DNA from: Antedon mediterranea
Taxonomy: Eukaryota > Animalia > Echinodermata
Direction of reading: 5' to 3'
Assembly (NCBI RefSeq): GCF_964355755.1
Contig: NC_092670.1
Span: 14,866,795 to 14,930,794 of the forward strand
Length of the DNA: 64,000 nucleotides
Shown here: one piece after another, positions 46,374 through 61,300 of the stretch
Layout: each line of letters opens with the position of its first letter
How positions within the stretch are numbered: the first letter of the stretch is position 1
Program-made: the position numbers and the translations under genes
The notes under the pieces: model-generated
The model's input: the letters and a program-made list of their open reading frames with translations, nothing else
Database searches by the model: none
Told to the model about the DNA's origin: nothing

Positions 46374-49300
46374 TTACCTACTACTGGAATATGTGTATAG
46401 AGATGACCTGGGTAAATCACCTATAAAAAAAAAATCATTTTTTATTAAGGAACCATGTAAAAATTATTCTACTACAGTAACTAAATGTTTCTTTAACCTT
46501 TCTATTTAATTATTTAGGTAGCTTTGGAGTAATTATTTATTGTAGTGTAGCCTCAAACTGATGAGGTTCATGACTATTAAATCTCCTAAGAAGGAATAAC
46601 ATTAACATACCTGGTTGGTCTTGCCCAACTTGTAACCTGTCTTGTAGTGTCTCCAGTCGACGAATATAATCTGAGAGTGAAGATTCTGGGTCTCCGGAAC
46701 CAGCATATAACAAATTGGCAGGATTTCTTGAACTTCTACAAATGGTAATTATTTATTTACATATTTACATACAATTAAGAATTTTAAAAATGTATCAAGT
46801 GATGCAGTGAGTATGAATATTATTTGCGAAATGGTTGCTTGGCACTACACATTACATGAAATTAAAGTCCTATTCTATAACACATCTTGTATCCTTACCA
46901 TTTAGTTCTATTTAGCGGAAAAGTGATATTTAATGGTGATAATTAATAGTTCTAATGCACGTTTAGCATTTGAGAATTTTCTGCCACATTGATCCATGTT
47001 AAGCACTGTCTATCTAGTTTAACAAAAAAGTGTGATATCCCCAAATATGGTAGTGATATGCACAGATATGATAGTGGTATGACATCATCATGTCCATGGG
47101 CACATCACATTTTTTTTGGTCACATAAAGTTTGATAATGAAGACGAGCTTTAGCCACTCCACTTTGGTGATTTGTGGCAGTAGAAAGCTGTGATCTTCAT
47201 TCATAGAGCCAAACCATAATAAGAGTAACAATACAACAGTCAATCCAATCCTGTTGAAGAAATATAATAAAGCATACTAACCCTGGAAGAGAATAAGAAC
47301 TCCTGTCACTCCATTCCCTCACTGGTGGCGATGCTTCTGTAAAATCTCTGTCAAGTGATCTCCGTACTGGTGAAGTGTACGTGCTAGTTCTGTAAGCTGC
47401 TGAGGAGGCATCACCGTATGGTCTGATGTTGGATCTAGCACCAGAACTATGTGAGCTACTTGAGGATGTTGCACCTGTCATTACTGGAGAACCAATTTTG
47501 GTTGCACGCTTCCATTTCTTAACCAAGAATTTTAGTCTACAGATTAAAATAAATGTTGTTGTATGATATAAAGTGCAAGAGGACTAGCTGCTTGACCATC
47601 TTAAGCTATGTCTACACTATCAAACTATTTGACCTAAAAGTGTGATGTACCCAAATATGGTAGTGATATGATATCATCCTGTCTATATATGGGCACATCC
47701 CATTTTTGGTAATATCATATCATAATATCATCATCATATGTAGGTAAGCAACCATGGGTATGGGGTAAAAGATTAATAATTACTAGAAAATTACACAACT
47801 AAGGCAATAAATATGTTATATTCTTAGTGGATAATAGATTTTTTTAATTACAGTTATGTTAAAAAAATTATTAAGGAAAATCTTCAGCATGCAGGAATTG
47901 TAATTCTATGAAGCTATCAAAAGCTCCAAGTTTGACAAAAAAAGTGTGATGTGCTCAAATATGGTAGTGATATTCCCAAATATGGTACTGATATATGGGC
48001 ACATCACATTTTTCGATATACACATAAAGTTTGATAGTGTAGACAGAGCTTTATATTCTTACCTTTGAACAGCTATTACAACTCTAACTGCACTCCTAAA
48101 CCGCATGAATCCACGGCTGTGACGTGAACGTCTCTGTACATCGTCTGGTGATGGGAAAGCACCCATCTTGGCTATCAACGCTAACGTTGCCTGTTCACAG
48201 TCTTGAAATCCTCCGAGAAGGAGTAACAAGTATTTCTTTTGATATGTCAAGGCTTTGCGGAAACTTTCTGCTCGCAAATATTTTCCATAGAGTCGTTGCA
48301 TCTGTTAAGATTAAAGTTTATGAAATTAACAGTAAAGATGAAGTTACAAACAAAACCAACTTTTTACTTTTAAAATTCTTAAAACACATTTAATGCATGC
48401 TAATGTTAATAGCACAAGATATTATCTTTTAGCAAGACTACATCAAAACTACACATTTTGACCAAATATTCACCACAGACAGACCTAATAGTAAATGAAA
48501 GACTCCATAAAATGTTGGAAGTACACAATCAATATCTATACGCTAAAATCACACCGTCAAAAATATGAATAAATAAAAATATGACAGTACTCAGAAGCTG
48601 AGTAAAGATACAGGTAACTCAGATTTTATTATAATGAGCTTTTGTGACGTCACTAATAACAATTTTCTTGAAAATCAATAAGCATGTTCTATAAGTATAT
48701 AACTTTTTACATCCAAACATTTAAGACGATAACTTAAAAATTGTGGATGCTATCGTGCCAAATTTTCTTTTGGCAAGCAAAAATCAAATATTGTATTGCA
48801 CTATTGTACCTTGGCTTGTTGATGTTCACTGGATCTGACGCTTGTTTGCGATTCAGCTTTCATTCTTGCCAGGTCTAATTTAGCTTCCCGTATTGAGTAC
48901 CATTCATCTGCAATTGATGCTCTTTCATTTGCAAATTGTTCCTCTACTTCTCGACGATTTTGCTGATCAATCTTAACATAAAAATGGAAAGATATTAAGA
49001 TAACGTAACTGCTCCAAATCATAACTAGTTTAAAAATATAATACTATACATATATTATAATTATAATGCCCAAATAAGGCGCTGGTTTACTTCTTCAAAC
49101 ACAACAATCATAATGAGTAAAACTGTCAAACCATCAGACAATAAATTATCGATTAAGAAGTTAAATGTTGTCAAATAGACTCACCAAATCCTCCCTATCT
49201 TTTGTTTTCCAGAGCTCTTGCTCCAATTTATTTAAAGAAGCTCGTAGCTCAGTCTTTTCTCCACTTAACCTGGCTACAAAATTACTAAGATTGGCATTTT

Positions 49301-52300
49301 GATGAAGGATGCGTTCATTGAGGCGGAACGATGTTGGAGAACTCAACAGAGGCTCACCCTAAAATAATATACATTGTTATTTATAGACACCTTTAGCAAA
49401 AACAAAACTTGTTGTGTGTGTTTCTTAAAAGCTACCTGTATTAGAATTTATAAATACAAAGGTAAATTACTGAAAAAAGACAATGCTGTATCAGTGGCTG
49501 GATCTCAATGGAAATAAAATAAGCAAAAACCTAGATTAAAACGATAAAGAGCCAGAAAAATGTGCAGAGCTTTCAGGCAAAACTAACACTTTATCAGTGC
49601 AAATGTATTAGAATTTTTAGTTATTCTATGCATACGCACTCTTATGGCAGAATAAATTTAGTGTTTGTTTTCGCTCCTCAAACATAAAGTTGAACTTGTT
49701 AGGATGATTGTTGCAGTACCTTATTGGATTACACTAGAGACTGAAAGGTTGTCAGCTCTTGAGTTCCAACTTGCTCACTTTATCGCAAATATTCAAATGT
49801 GTCAAGATGGAAGAAAACATTTTTTAGATGAAACTTTCCACACACATTATATTTTAAAGGGAAATCTTATTTCCAGTATGTAAAAAAACAAATCTTGTCA
49901 TTCATTTGAATATATCTTACCTCAGACTGTATGGTCAACGCAGCATGAACTTGTTGTAGTTCAGCTTGGGATTGGGTCAACGACCTCTTTAAACTTTGCA
50001 AATCCTCCTGAAGATCTGGTGACCACTGTGCAGAGGTCTGTACATCTTGTAAAGTCTCTGTCTGCTTGACAGCTATCAGTTGCAGCTTCTGGCGGATGGT
50101 CTCAAGCTGTGCCTTGTGAAGTTCTAGACGGGCTTGCAGACTATCAGACTGACGTCCACTCAAACTTTTGTTCATATCCTATTAATTAATAATTTTTTAA
50201 ATATTATTAAAACAAAAGAAAAGTTTTCAATTTAAATTTTAGAATAAAAATATATGCTGTCTTTGAAAAAATAAATATATTTTGGACGTCATGCTCAACA
50301 ATAGTATTGATGTAATCATGACGTGATCTGATTACACTTTTTGTCATCAAACGCAGCATGGTTATCCTATAGTTCTATATAAGGTAGAGTGTTTGTATAA
50401 TTGTCTGCTATACACATTTATTGCATGCCTACACATGGGGTAAAATGAGCAGAATTGCACCCTGGGACACATGTCTTTCCAAGACATAAATGCAGTATTC
50501 ACAATGCAGCAACAGCAATATTTTTGAATATTTTTATTATTACTGTTTATGTTTACACCCATGCACCACTAATTGAAAACATTCTAGTAAAGCTGCAAAT
50601 AGTAAGCCAAGTAATTATTTAGTAACCCTATTTTGAATATTAAAGCACTAATTACCCATTTATCTGTTAAATTACCCAATGTCAATAATACCAACGAAAG
50701 AATTTTAGGAAACTTGGTGAATAGTTACAAAGTCATCTAATTATTATTAAAGGTAGAGGTTGGGATTGCCAAAAATACACCATAAATCATATAATAACAT
50801 TATATATTGTAATTAAACAGATTAATTATTAAAACAAGATTAGAAACTATTCTGTGAAATGAAATTTCAAGAAGCAAAATATTAGTTTGTTAGTCATAGG
50901 CAAGCACCATGATACATTATCACATGTTTTAATGTCCATTGCAATAACACTTCAAATTATTAATAATTTGCACATATGACACACATGTGATCCTGTATCA
51001 CAGAACTTGACAACGATACTGGAAAATATTGGCATATAGAATACTAGGTGTTATGTGTAATAGCAAAATGAAATCTGGCATGCAATGTACACAGCAAAAT
51101 AAAACACAAATTTAGTGCAAAAAAATATTAGTAAAAAAAAAAAAACCATAAACTAAAAAATAAGAATTTAAAATACTCTATTTACACTATCAAATACGGT
51201 AGTGATATGACATCATTATGTCCATATATGGGCACATCACATGTCACACAAAGTTTGATAGTGTAGACAGAGCTTTAAAAAGCATAAGAAAGTGTGAATA
51301 GTGTGTTGTTAGTTTAGCCGCATCACCATACCATTTCATCTTCTTGCATATCCCAATCAGTCACATTTTGTGGTATAGATTGTTTTAATCTTTTAGTGTC
51401 TTCTTCGATGGATTTCTTCTGCGCTTCGTGCCGTTTTAACTCCTCGTGGAGATCTTCGTTCTCCTGTTCTAAGGTATGCAATGCTTGCGAGTTTAATTCC
51501 TTCTCCATTTCGCAATCTCGCTATAGGAAGAATGGCGAAATTGGGATAATATGTAATGTGTCCAGAGGCCCTGCACGATTTTGAATTACTTCCACATGAA
51601 ATGACAATACTGTAGTTGCTATACAGATTTTGCATACAATTTGAGGTCAAAGTGAACGATTATGTGAAATTAAAATGGCATTTTTAACCAAAAAATGTAA
51701 TGACTTAATGGATAAAAAGTATGTCAAAGTATACAGCAGTTACTCTAAATTTTCATGGAAATCTTACTTTCACAGAGCAAATGGTTCAATAAATTTGAGC
51801 AACTATAATATTGTTTTTGACATAAGTTCTAATATGATACAATGCATACAACAAGTTAAATCAGTGAAATGGTTTTGTGAGACATTTACATAGAAATTGT
51901 CATATTTAGATAAAACGTGAACAGAATTTACAAAATTAAGTGCAAAAAGACAAGTTGAATATTTAATAGTGATATGACTAAGACATAGACTTATAAGGTG
52001 TAAATACAGCAAAGCGTTGTCTCAGAAAAAGAGTCACAAAATAAAATTTGGCTTGGCTTCAATTTTCTCACATTCAATCAACATTGAATTAATTTTTACG
52101 AATAATAAATTTGTTTTATTATCTTTTCAAAATACAATAGAACTCCTCCTTTGTGACATCCTTATTCAGGGGCATTTGGGCAACTCATATTCTGTTGATT
52201 CCCAAAGGTGTGTCCCTATTAGGGGTTTACTGTATAATGAAAAAAAAAACCTCCCCAAACAAATTTTATTTCATTTTAGGTAACAAATGAAAAAGTGGAT

Positions 52301-55300
52301 TTTCTATAGGATAATTTTAAATTCAGAAACAATTTACAGAATAGAATGTTTTGGTTACATTTCAAGAGACAATACTGTGCTTACTTTTTGAAATATGGGA
52401 AAGAAAACAATTGACAAAAACATCTAAAACATGGACACTAACAAAACAAATCTAAAAAAATGTGATGTGCCAATATGTGGACATGATGAAGTCATATCAC
52501 TACCATATTTGGGCACACTTTTTTGTCTGATATTATAGAGCTCAATATAATTGTACTGTACCTGTTTTCTCAGTTCAATTTCCTTTTCTCGTCTTCGTTC
52601 AACTTCTCGTAACCTTTCTGCTTCTCTTTCCTTTTCCCTTTGGAAATCCTTCTCTTGTTCTCGTTCTTGTTGCTTAAGAAGACTTGCCTGCAACTGGTCC
52701 CGCTCATGCTGCATGTGTAATGTACATTTACGCTCTTTCTCTATTTGGTTTGTTAAACTAACATTTTGAGCCTGTTTAAAATTAATAACATTACAAAATT
52801 AATGTTTTTTTTTTGTTTCATACACATCCAATCCAACAACGAGTAAATCACCAATTACAGGATGGATAAAACTATTTTATAATTAATTATTCTTATAAGC
52901 TTAGAGAATGTAGTTGAGTTACAACCCTGCACTAGGTTAGGATTGAACCCTGGACCTTGGGAATGGAAGGCAAGAATGTTAACCACCAAGCTACAGCCCC
53001 ACTACTATTTAAAAAGAAATAAAAACAAAATAGGTCTATTGATTTTATGCATGTTGATTCAATGCTAGATAAATATAAAGAAAACTCTTTCATGAAAGAC
53101 TTTTACTTATTTCTTCATTTATTTCAGGGGGACTGCCACCTATCTGATTAATTCACTATTGGTAATTCTTGGTCACATGTGCCTATCATATCAAAACTAT
53201 TACTATACTATTGCAGTAACTGCCTTTTCTACTGAAACAACGTATGATTTTAATTTGTTTCAATGTAGAAGTTTATGGGTCAGTCAATTTAAAAAAAACT
53301 ATGTACAAGAAAAAGAAAATAGCTTGAAAATAATTGCATAAACAAACAAACAGTAGTTTTGACATGAAGCCTAAATGTAGTTAACGTACAGTGATAGTAT
53401 CCAAATTTTGTTTGAATTGCTTGATCACTAGTTTCTCTCTGTTCACATTTTCCAAGCCTTTCCTTCTCTCCGATTCCAACTCTTCTTCCAGGGAGGTAAG
53501 TGTGTTCTGTAGTCTTTGAATGGCTGCCTTTAGGTCCAGTGATCTGGCTTTCTCAGAGCTTAGTTGCATTTGTAAATCGTTGATAGCTTTCTTATCTTCA
53601 ATTGATGTGTCCGTGAAGACACTACGTTCCTCTTCTACAGAATCTTGTAGTTTACTGTTAAGAGTTTGTAAACGCTTCAGAAAAAAACAAAATATTCTGT
53701 TTAGTAAAATGATAAAATAGATCTGACAACCTAAAGATCTGTCTACACTATCAAACTTTATGTGACAAAAAAAAATGTGATGTGCCCATATATGGAAATG
53801 ATGTCATATCACTACCATATTTGGGCATAACACTACCATATTTTGGCACATCACATTTTATTAAACTTTTTTGATAGTGTTGACAGCACTAGAAAAATGA
53901 TTATGATTTTAGAGTATAGATTGTTGGTCATGATAATTAGAGGTAAATTATAGTATAATATATTTGATTGAATTTTATTTCATTATCAATAATCAATCAA
54001 GAATTAAATGAGCAAATCTGAAATATACATGTAATTTATAGTAGAACCCATATTATAAGGACACATTTTTGGAACCAAAATTGTTCCTCAAATATGTGTT
54101 GGTTCATTTCATAGCAAAGTGTGCCCTTACGTTGTCTTCTGTTGCAAACAAGGGGTTAAGGTGGACAATTATTTATACCAAATTAATTCCGCCATGCATA
54201 CCTTCATACAATACAAAACATGCATAACAAAATAGCCACACTAAAATTATACCTGTACGGCTAAGCCCAGATCATGCGAGCGTGCCTTTTCCACCTCCAA
54301 TAGCCCTTGCAAATCTGACACTTTGCCTTTCTCGGAGCCTAGTTTTGTTGATGTTTTCTTCTTCTCTAGTTCCAACTCTTGACGTAGTCCTTGATTCTTC
54401 ACTTTTTCTTGTTCCAGCAAACTGTTGTTGTTGACGACATTGCTTCGTTCTCGTTCAAGTTCTTTTCGCAAGTTCTGTTATTATTTTAAAAGCATAATTC
54501 ATTCTAAAGCTGCATACTAACAATGAAACTACCCAACTAGACTACACCTTTACAATATAGCACACAGAAAATAACATACAAAGTCACCTCAATGATAAGC
54601 CCACCTCAACTACTGTCCTCAAGTATACACACACCTGTAACAGCTGCTGTTTCTCACACCCCAGACACTTTAGTTTACAAAGGGGAAATCTTATTTATCC
54701 CTTTCTAATTTTAGGTTATAACAATTATTGACTATAATTATTTATTAACTCCCCAAATCCAGAAACTGACACAAAAAAAGAAGCAAAGCAAAATGTCCAT
54801 GACAATAAAAATGTTGGTCTGATCAACTACAATACAACATAAAAAAACGACACAGCTCACTCACAATGAAACAAAGTGAACATAAATTTCAACATGTTAA
54901 CACTATCATACAACAACATAATATTCGCATCATAGACATGCATGACTGGCTTTAAAACCAACCAACCTTAATGAGGCCTTGCTCACGTTGGATAGCATCA
55001 CTGCTCATGTCATGTTCTTCATCAAGAGCATGCTGCAGTCTCTTTCTAGTTTCTTGTTCCCTTTGAAGTGATTCTTGTAGCCAAATATTTTGTGATTTTT
55101 CATTTTCCAAAGCACATCTGACAATGAAAGAGTATATTGAGTTTTAAAAATGTTGAATAGTCTTTACTGGATGAACACATTTTGTTGTGAACAAGGCTTA
55201 ATTAAAGATTTTATTATTGTTACTGCAATTAGTGTATCTATAATTGTTCATGAATATTCATTACTGCATGAAATGGTAGTGGTATAATGAACCACCAAGA

Positions 55301-58300
55301 AAAGTTAGAATTCTCCAAGCCAATATTACAGTATTTCATTCATGTTTACATACACATTATGACAATACATTTAATTTGAATCAAATGGAAAAAGTTAAAT
55401 TATGTAAACTAAAACCAATAAATAATTTTCTATGGGGGAAAAAATATCGAGAGCGTATTGGAATAACAAAGCAAGACACATCCATTAATAAGAAATGGTG
55501 ATAATAACTATGAAGAATAATAAATAATAATAATAATATATTAATTAGTAAAACATTCTCAAAACAAATACTTACAAGGCAGATTCAGCAACATTTCTGT
55601 AACATTTATCCAAAAATTAAATAAAAAAAGTTAGCAAAAGTTAGAAGCATGTAAACAAGGTTAGCATGAAATATATATATATATATACTATACTATAATA
55701 ACATAATGTGAGCAGTAACTGGAGCCGAATATAATGAATTATGCATGTTGTTAATAACTGAACTGAAAGTATAATTAATTTAACACAAATAATTGAAAAT
55801 AGGCAGTGACACATCACAGAAACATACATTATGAATTTATTCTTGACAATGTTTATAGAACCAATTGTGGTTGTTATTTTTAAAATCTAAAGTGCTTTTT
55901 TGCTGTACTTTATATAAATTGGTTTTGGGATTACATAATTATATGTTGTATTTATTTTGATTCAATACAATAGATTTGATTGAATTACGAGCCATACTAA
56001 CTTGATTTGTTCAATTGATTAATTTTATATCAAAATAATTGAGGTATACAAACGTAATAGAATGCTAAAATATTTAAAGTGTATACTAAATAAATATAGT
56101 ATATGTAAACACAGTATTAATATTACAATATTAGTACTATATGGTAAATCAAACAATGATTAAAACATAAATGATTAAATTAGCATACACAGCAAACATG
56201 AATTTAAAATAACAAAATTATTGTAAAGGTCATCAAATACTCACGATATCTCAACAATTTTTTCTTCTAATCTTTGGCAGTTATCGTTCAACTGATCTAC
56301 TTTCATCTTCTCGTCTGCAACTTCGTTCTTCAACATCAGATTATCACTTTGATTTTGACTAGATGACAGAGACAATTGACTTAATTTATTCTGTTCCTCC
56401 GATAACTTCTTTTTCAGGTCAGCATTCAAAGCTTGTTCTTGTTTTACTTTATATTCCATGGTTTCGGTTTGGCGTTTTAAGTGACGTTCGCGGTTTGTCG
56501 TCTGTTCCTCCATGTTACTTAACTGTGATATAAGTTTTTGTCTTTGTTCTTGCAATTCTAAAGTCAAGGTGGTGTTTTGAGAATGCAGGTCTTGTATTTC
56601 TGCTAGAATGGACGTCCGGTCAGCACTGTATATTTGATCCAAGGCAGACCGATGGTGAGACTCTTGTTCTCGTATTCTTCTCTCTAACATCTGTACGTCA
56701 GACAGATCTTTATCTCCACTGGCGACAACATGCGTTCTGAGCTCGGCCAATAACATCTCACGCTCTTTGTCAAAAACATACAGGATTGCCTTCAGAAGTT
56801 GTCCACGCCAGTCTGTCTCAGATGATCTCACAGACTAAAAGAAAAGAAAAACAAATATTAAGAAACTTTGAGAAGTGTGTGTATAGGACTGCATAAGTAT
56901 AACAGATTACAATATAATTTAAAAACAATAGTTAAAACTTGTACTCATTTCTGTCAACTTACCCACTGGCCTGTTGTTTGTGAGATGAGGTCTTTCAGGG
57001 CTTGAATAGCATCCAATAAGGCTTGCTTCTCATTTTCCCACGACTCCTGCAAAGATGCAATATCCGCACCATTCTGTACATTCTTCCGCGGAGACGTATG
57101 CTGACGTAAATACCGAAGATCAGACATAGAAAGAACCTGTAAACCTTCGCTATGAACACGATTAAGAAGTGTTTGCAACCTCAGTGGAATGTCTGACGTG
57201 CTGTCAACGATCCCTGATTCTGTGGATTCACTGTCCTTACCAATGCCATCTTGCCGAAATCTTAAGTGTCCCAACAAGTCCCTATCAAGCCTTTCCATTG
57301 TATCCACCTCAGACTTAAGTTTCTGACCAAGTTCTAATAATGAAAATTCATGTTTTTTTTTTTATTGAAATGGTACATATAGGATTTCAACATAACTGGT
57401 AAATAAGCAGTCACTTTTGTGTACAAAATATTGATAAATTGATATAAAAAACACATTAGTTAGACTACTTTTCACATTAGATAACAAGTTAACTCTTTTA
57501 TCATATATTTAAGCACAACCGTTCTGGTGATTTGACTATACTGTACAGTTTGTTATAATTGTACATTCTAAATGCACTCTAATAGCTAAGCTCATAGCTC
57601 TATATGCACATTGCAACGTAAACACTACACTTACCTGTACTAGTTTGGGGACTGATTGGCGATGCTGTGATCTGCCTTTGGTCCTGGAAATTCCTCCGTA
57701 ATCGTTCAATCTCCTCCGAATGTGCTGACATAAGATCACGGTTCACTTGCAAGATTGCTTGTTCTAGCTCTCTCTTATGTTTGGTTTTAAGATCATCAAC
57801 CTCTTGATTGTGTTCCTCTTTCAATTGTTTGATGCGGATTGTTGCATCTCGTTCCATGTTTGTCTGGATGTCGTGTATGTGATCTTGGTGCTGCATGGTC
57901 AATTCTCTTCTTATTTCATCCAATTTCTATTTAAAGAAAAACACACGCATATATTATATGCAATTTTCTGATTCACCTTGTTAAAATAATCCAATGTACA
58001 ACCTTGTTGCAAAAGTACCAGGAAATTACAAACTGTAAATTGTTTTAAAAAAACAAATAAAAAAATTATCTGTATTGATAAAATATTTTCTTACAGCAGT
58101 GTTTCAAATTATCCAGAAACCTGTTACAACCAATAGAATTGTTATTAATTGTATTATTATTTAATTATTATTTAGCCATGAAGGGATAGTCTTTTCCGGA
58201 AGCTTGGCGATTTCTTTTTGGCTGTTTTACTTTAACGTTTGGATTTAGCTTTCTTCTTATTTTATTTGTCTCCATTAAAATACACACAGTCAGTGTCATT

Positions 58301-61300
58301 TTTTCAGTAATTTGCTTTGGAATTATAATGTATACCTGTTGCAATGTTTTTCCTGGCGATAGTCCTTGTAAACTGGTTAATCTCCTATCATAGTCAGATT
58401 CCAGCTGCCTTACACGTTCCCCTTGAGCATCACAAGCATCTCTTAACGCTGCCAACTCCATCTTATGCTTCTCATCCATCACCGCTAACTCTTGGCAATG
58501 CTGGTTCTGAAGATCTTGTAGTTGGTCTACGGCAGCATGGCTTAGCTCTTGCTGCCGTTGTACAATGGCTTCTTCTAGCTCATCTACTTGGATATTTAGT
58601 TGTAGAATCTTTATATCTTTGCTCTAAGGAAATTAATTAATATAAATATTATTAATGTTCCAACATAGTTGAGAAAAAAAATGACTTAAGCTACAGCTAT
58701 CAAAGAAGATACTGCTCTATGACATTGACAGTAATTTTAATTTTGAAGGGTTCCAGTGACATTTAGTTATTAAATTAGGAAAAACTGTTCTCACCCATTA
58801 CACAGTTGATTTATCATTAAAAGACCAGGGAGAGAGTTAGAATACCAAGATCAAGTAATTATTCATGTTTTGGATTATAAATTTTTTCAAAATTACATTT
58901 TATAAATTCAAGAGAACTTCTCAATACAGTATTTTAAAATAACTTACATTTTTTAAAGTATTTATTTTATGACAAAGAGGTTTTAGTATCTCACCTTAAT
59001 GTCTTGATGTAGCCCATCAATCTGGTCTTTGAGGTTTTCTACATCTCCATCCGTACCCATTGACATTCCTTGCAGTCGTGATAACCGCATTTCCAACTCA
59101 CTAACTTCATGTTCACGAACTCCCAAAAGATCGTGCAATGACTCCAGTTCATTTTCAAGCTGTTTCTGAGAACATGGAATATAAAAAAAACGTATATAAA
59201 ATAGTTCAGAACTTCAAAGCTTCTATGATGCGACGTAATTGTACTTTATACTAAATGCATGAGAATGGGACTCGATCTCTAGACTACTGAGCTTGTGCTG
59301 ATGGCTGGGCTTATATTTGAGCCCAAGGAAACAGTGGGTACTGAACCAACAGTTTGAGTTTAGCTCCTTCCAATAATTTATTTTAATTAAGCAATATTTA
59401 AGGTAATATATAATGATATAAAATTATTAACATTAAGTTTGACTAAGATATGAAATAAATAGAATAATATTTATATCATTCATTTTTCACATTTATGTAG
59501 TCATCATTTATAACTTTACAATTAAAGTATATAATTTATGGCAATGATCCTGCATTATGAAGTTTACAAGGACCGGTTTACTGTACAGTACATAAAACCT
59601 AAAAATAAAAAATGTAAACCCTTTACTAATAATAATAATACTTCATCAGCAAAAAAAACGACAAAAAACAAGAAAGATATTAAACATTGAAATTGTAACA
59701 AATCTATTTTTCTATACACAATTATTCTTAGAAAGAAAATGTGTAAATACAAGTAACTAAACTTTGTATCCATATGGCCAAATAGTGGCTATTGACAATC
59801 CATAAGTTGTGACATCCTACTTGAATTGCTTACTTCCTGTGGAGTGGGTGGTAAGTGGGAATTTAAAATTTTTTAAATCATTTATTGAAATTTGAAAACA
59901 AAGTACTGTAGTTTGATAAAATACATTCTATTTTGGGAATGAGAGCATGACAAAGGAGCACTGTAAAAGAATAATTATTATATACAGGAAATTGTTATTT
60001 TTATAAACTTTTAAAAACAATTAAAAAGGCAACAAATACCAAAAGAATACATTTTAATTTTAAAACTGGCAAAAACAACAAAGACTAGCATAAAGCTTAT
60101 AACAATACTAGAAAAAGAAGTTAGAAATCAATGGTTTGTAAGAAATTTCTAAAGTTTTGATTAAATATAAAAATGTGTCATTTGTCAAAGAATTAACAAG
60201 AAGATGTTCTCGCAAATCAAAAGATCCCTATTATCTTTCCATTAACCGTAACTTCTCATGACAAACAATAGGCAAACATCTCAAAGAAAGAGGTTTCAGA
60301 ATTGCAGTTTATCTGCTCATAACAGCTCAGCCAAATCAGGGAGGTATAAAATATATACCTCCCTGGTCGAATACACCTAGTATAACAACAGTAAAACAAT
60401 ACAAAACACCCTACACCATTAAAGCCTTCCTTACCCACAGCCTCCCCATCACATTTGTGTAAAATCCACATTCATAACAAAATAAATAAATGTTTCAAAC
60501 AAATTTAACCAATCAAACCCAGACAAAAACAACTGCTTCTTGTATCATATAGACTGTAGCAATGATCAATGGTGAACGACCTTTGAACTATCTGTAGTTT
60601 CAAATACTTCCTAACTGCTACCTGACATTTCCTTTTAAGCACAATAGATAGTATTGTAGTTGTCATGAAATGATCAAGTACCAGTAAGAAGCCAAGTACC
60701 AGTAACTATTTGAAAATAGAGTTAAGAGATAATATTCCAGGTGTCTTTAATGTGTCAAAGTTGTGCCATACAGACAAACCTATAGTTGATCTGAAATACC
60801 ATATACAGCTATGTGGTCTAGCGCTATGCTGCTCGTCCCGTCACCTAGAGGATAGAGGTTCAAATCCTACCAAGAGATGTATTCATACATTTAAAAAATG
60901 TAACTTTGCCCGAATTGTCCAACACTTTAAAAAAAATTACTCTTTCTCAGTTTTATAATAATCCACCACTGTAACTATTCAAATTCATTTCTCAATGAAG
61001 CCGACACTAATGTTATCAATTCCACAATTCCTGTTTCCAGGTCATAACATGCTTACCTTTGTTTGATCATTCTCCAACTCCGTCTCTTCCAAGACCTTTA
61101 GAACTTTAGGGTCAACGAGAACATCTCGATTTTTTTCATTGCATAGTGCCTCATGAAGTTTGCTTATTTCTTTGTCACGTCTTTGCAACATGTCTTCATA
61201 TTCTTCCTTCAATTTCTCCTGAAGAAAAATTAAAAGAGAAGCAAAAATTAAATCATGAGTTTTTAAAATATTAAAATTAAAACAAGCTACTTAAACAATC

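Noticed and set aside
59215-59370. Relatively GC-rich patch in an AKAP9/PCNT intron as a possible exon
   Set aside because: Could not find a phase-compatible acceptor and donor pair with an open frame
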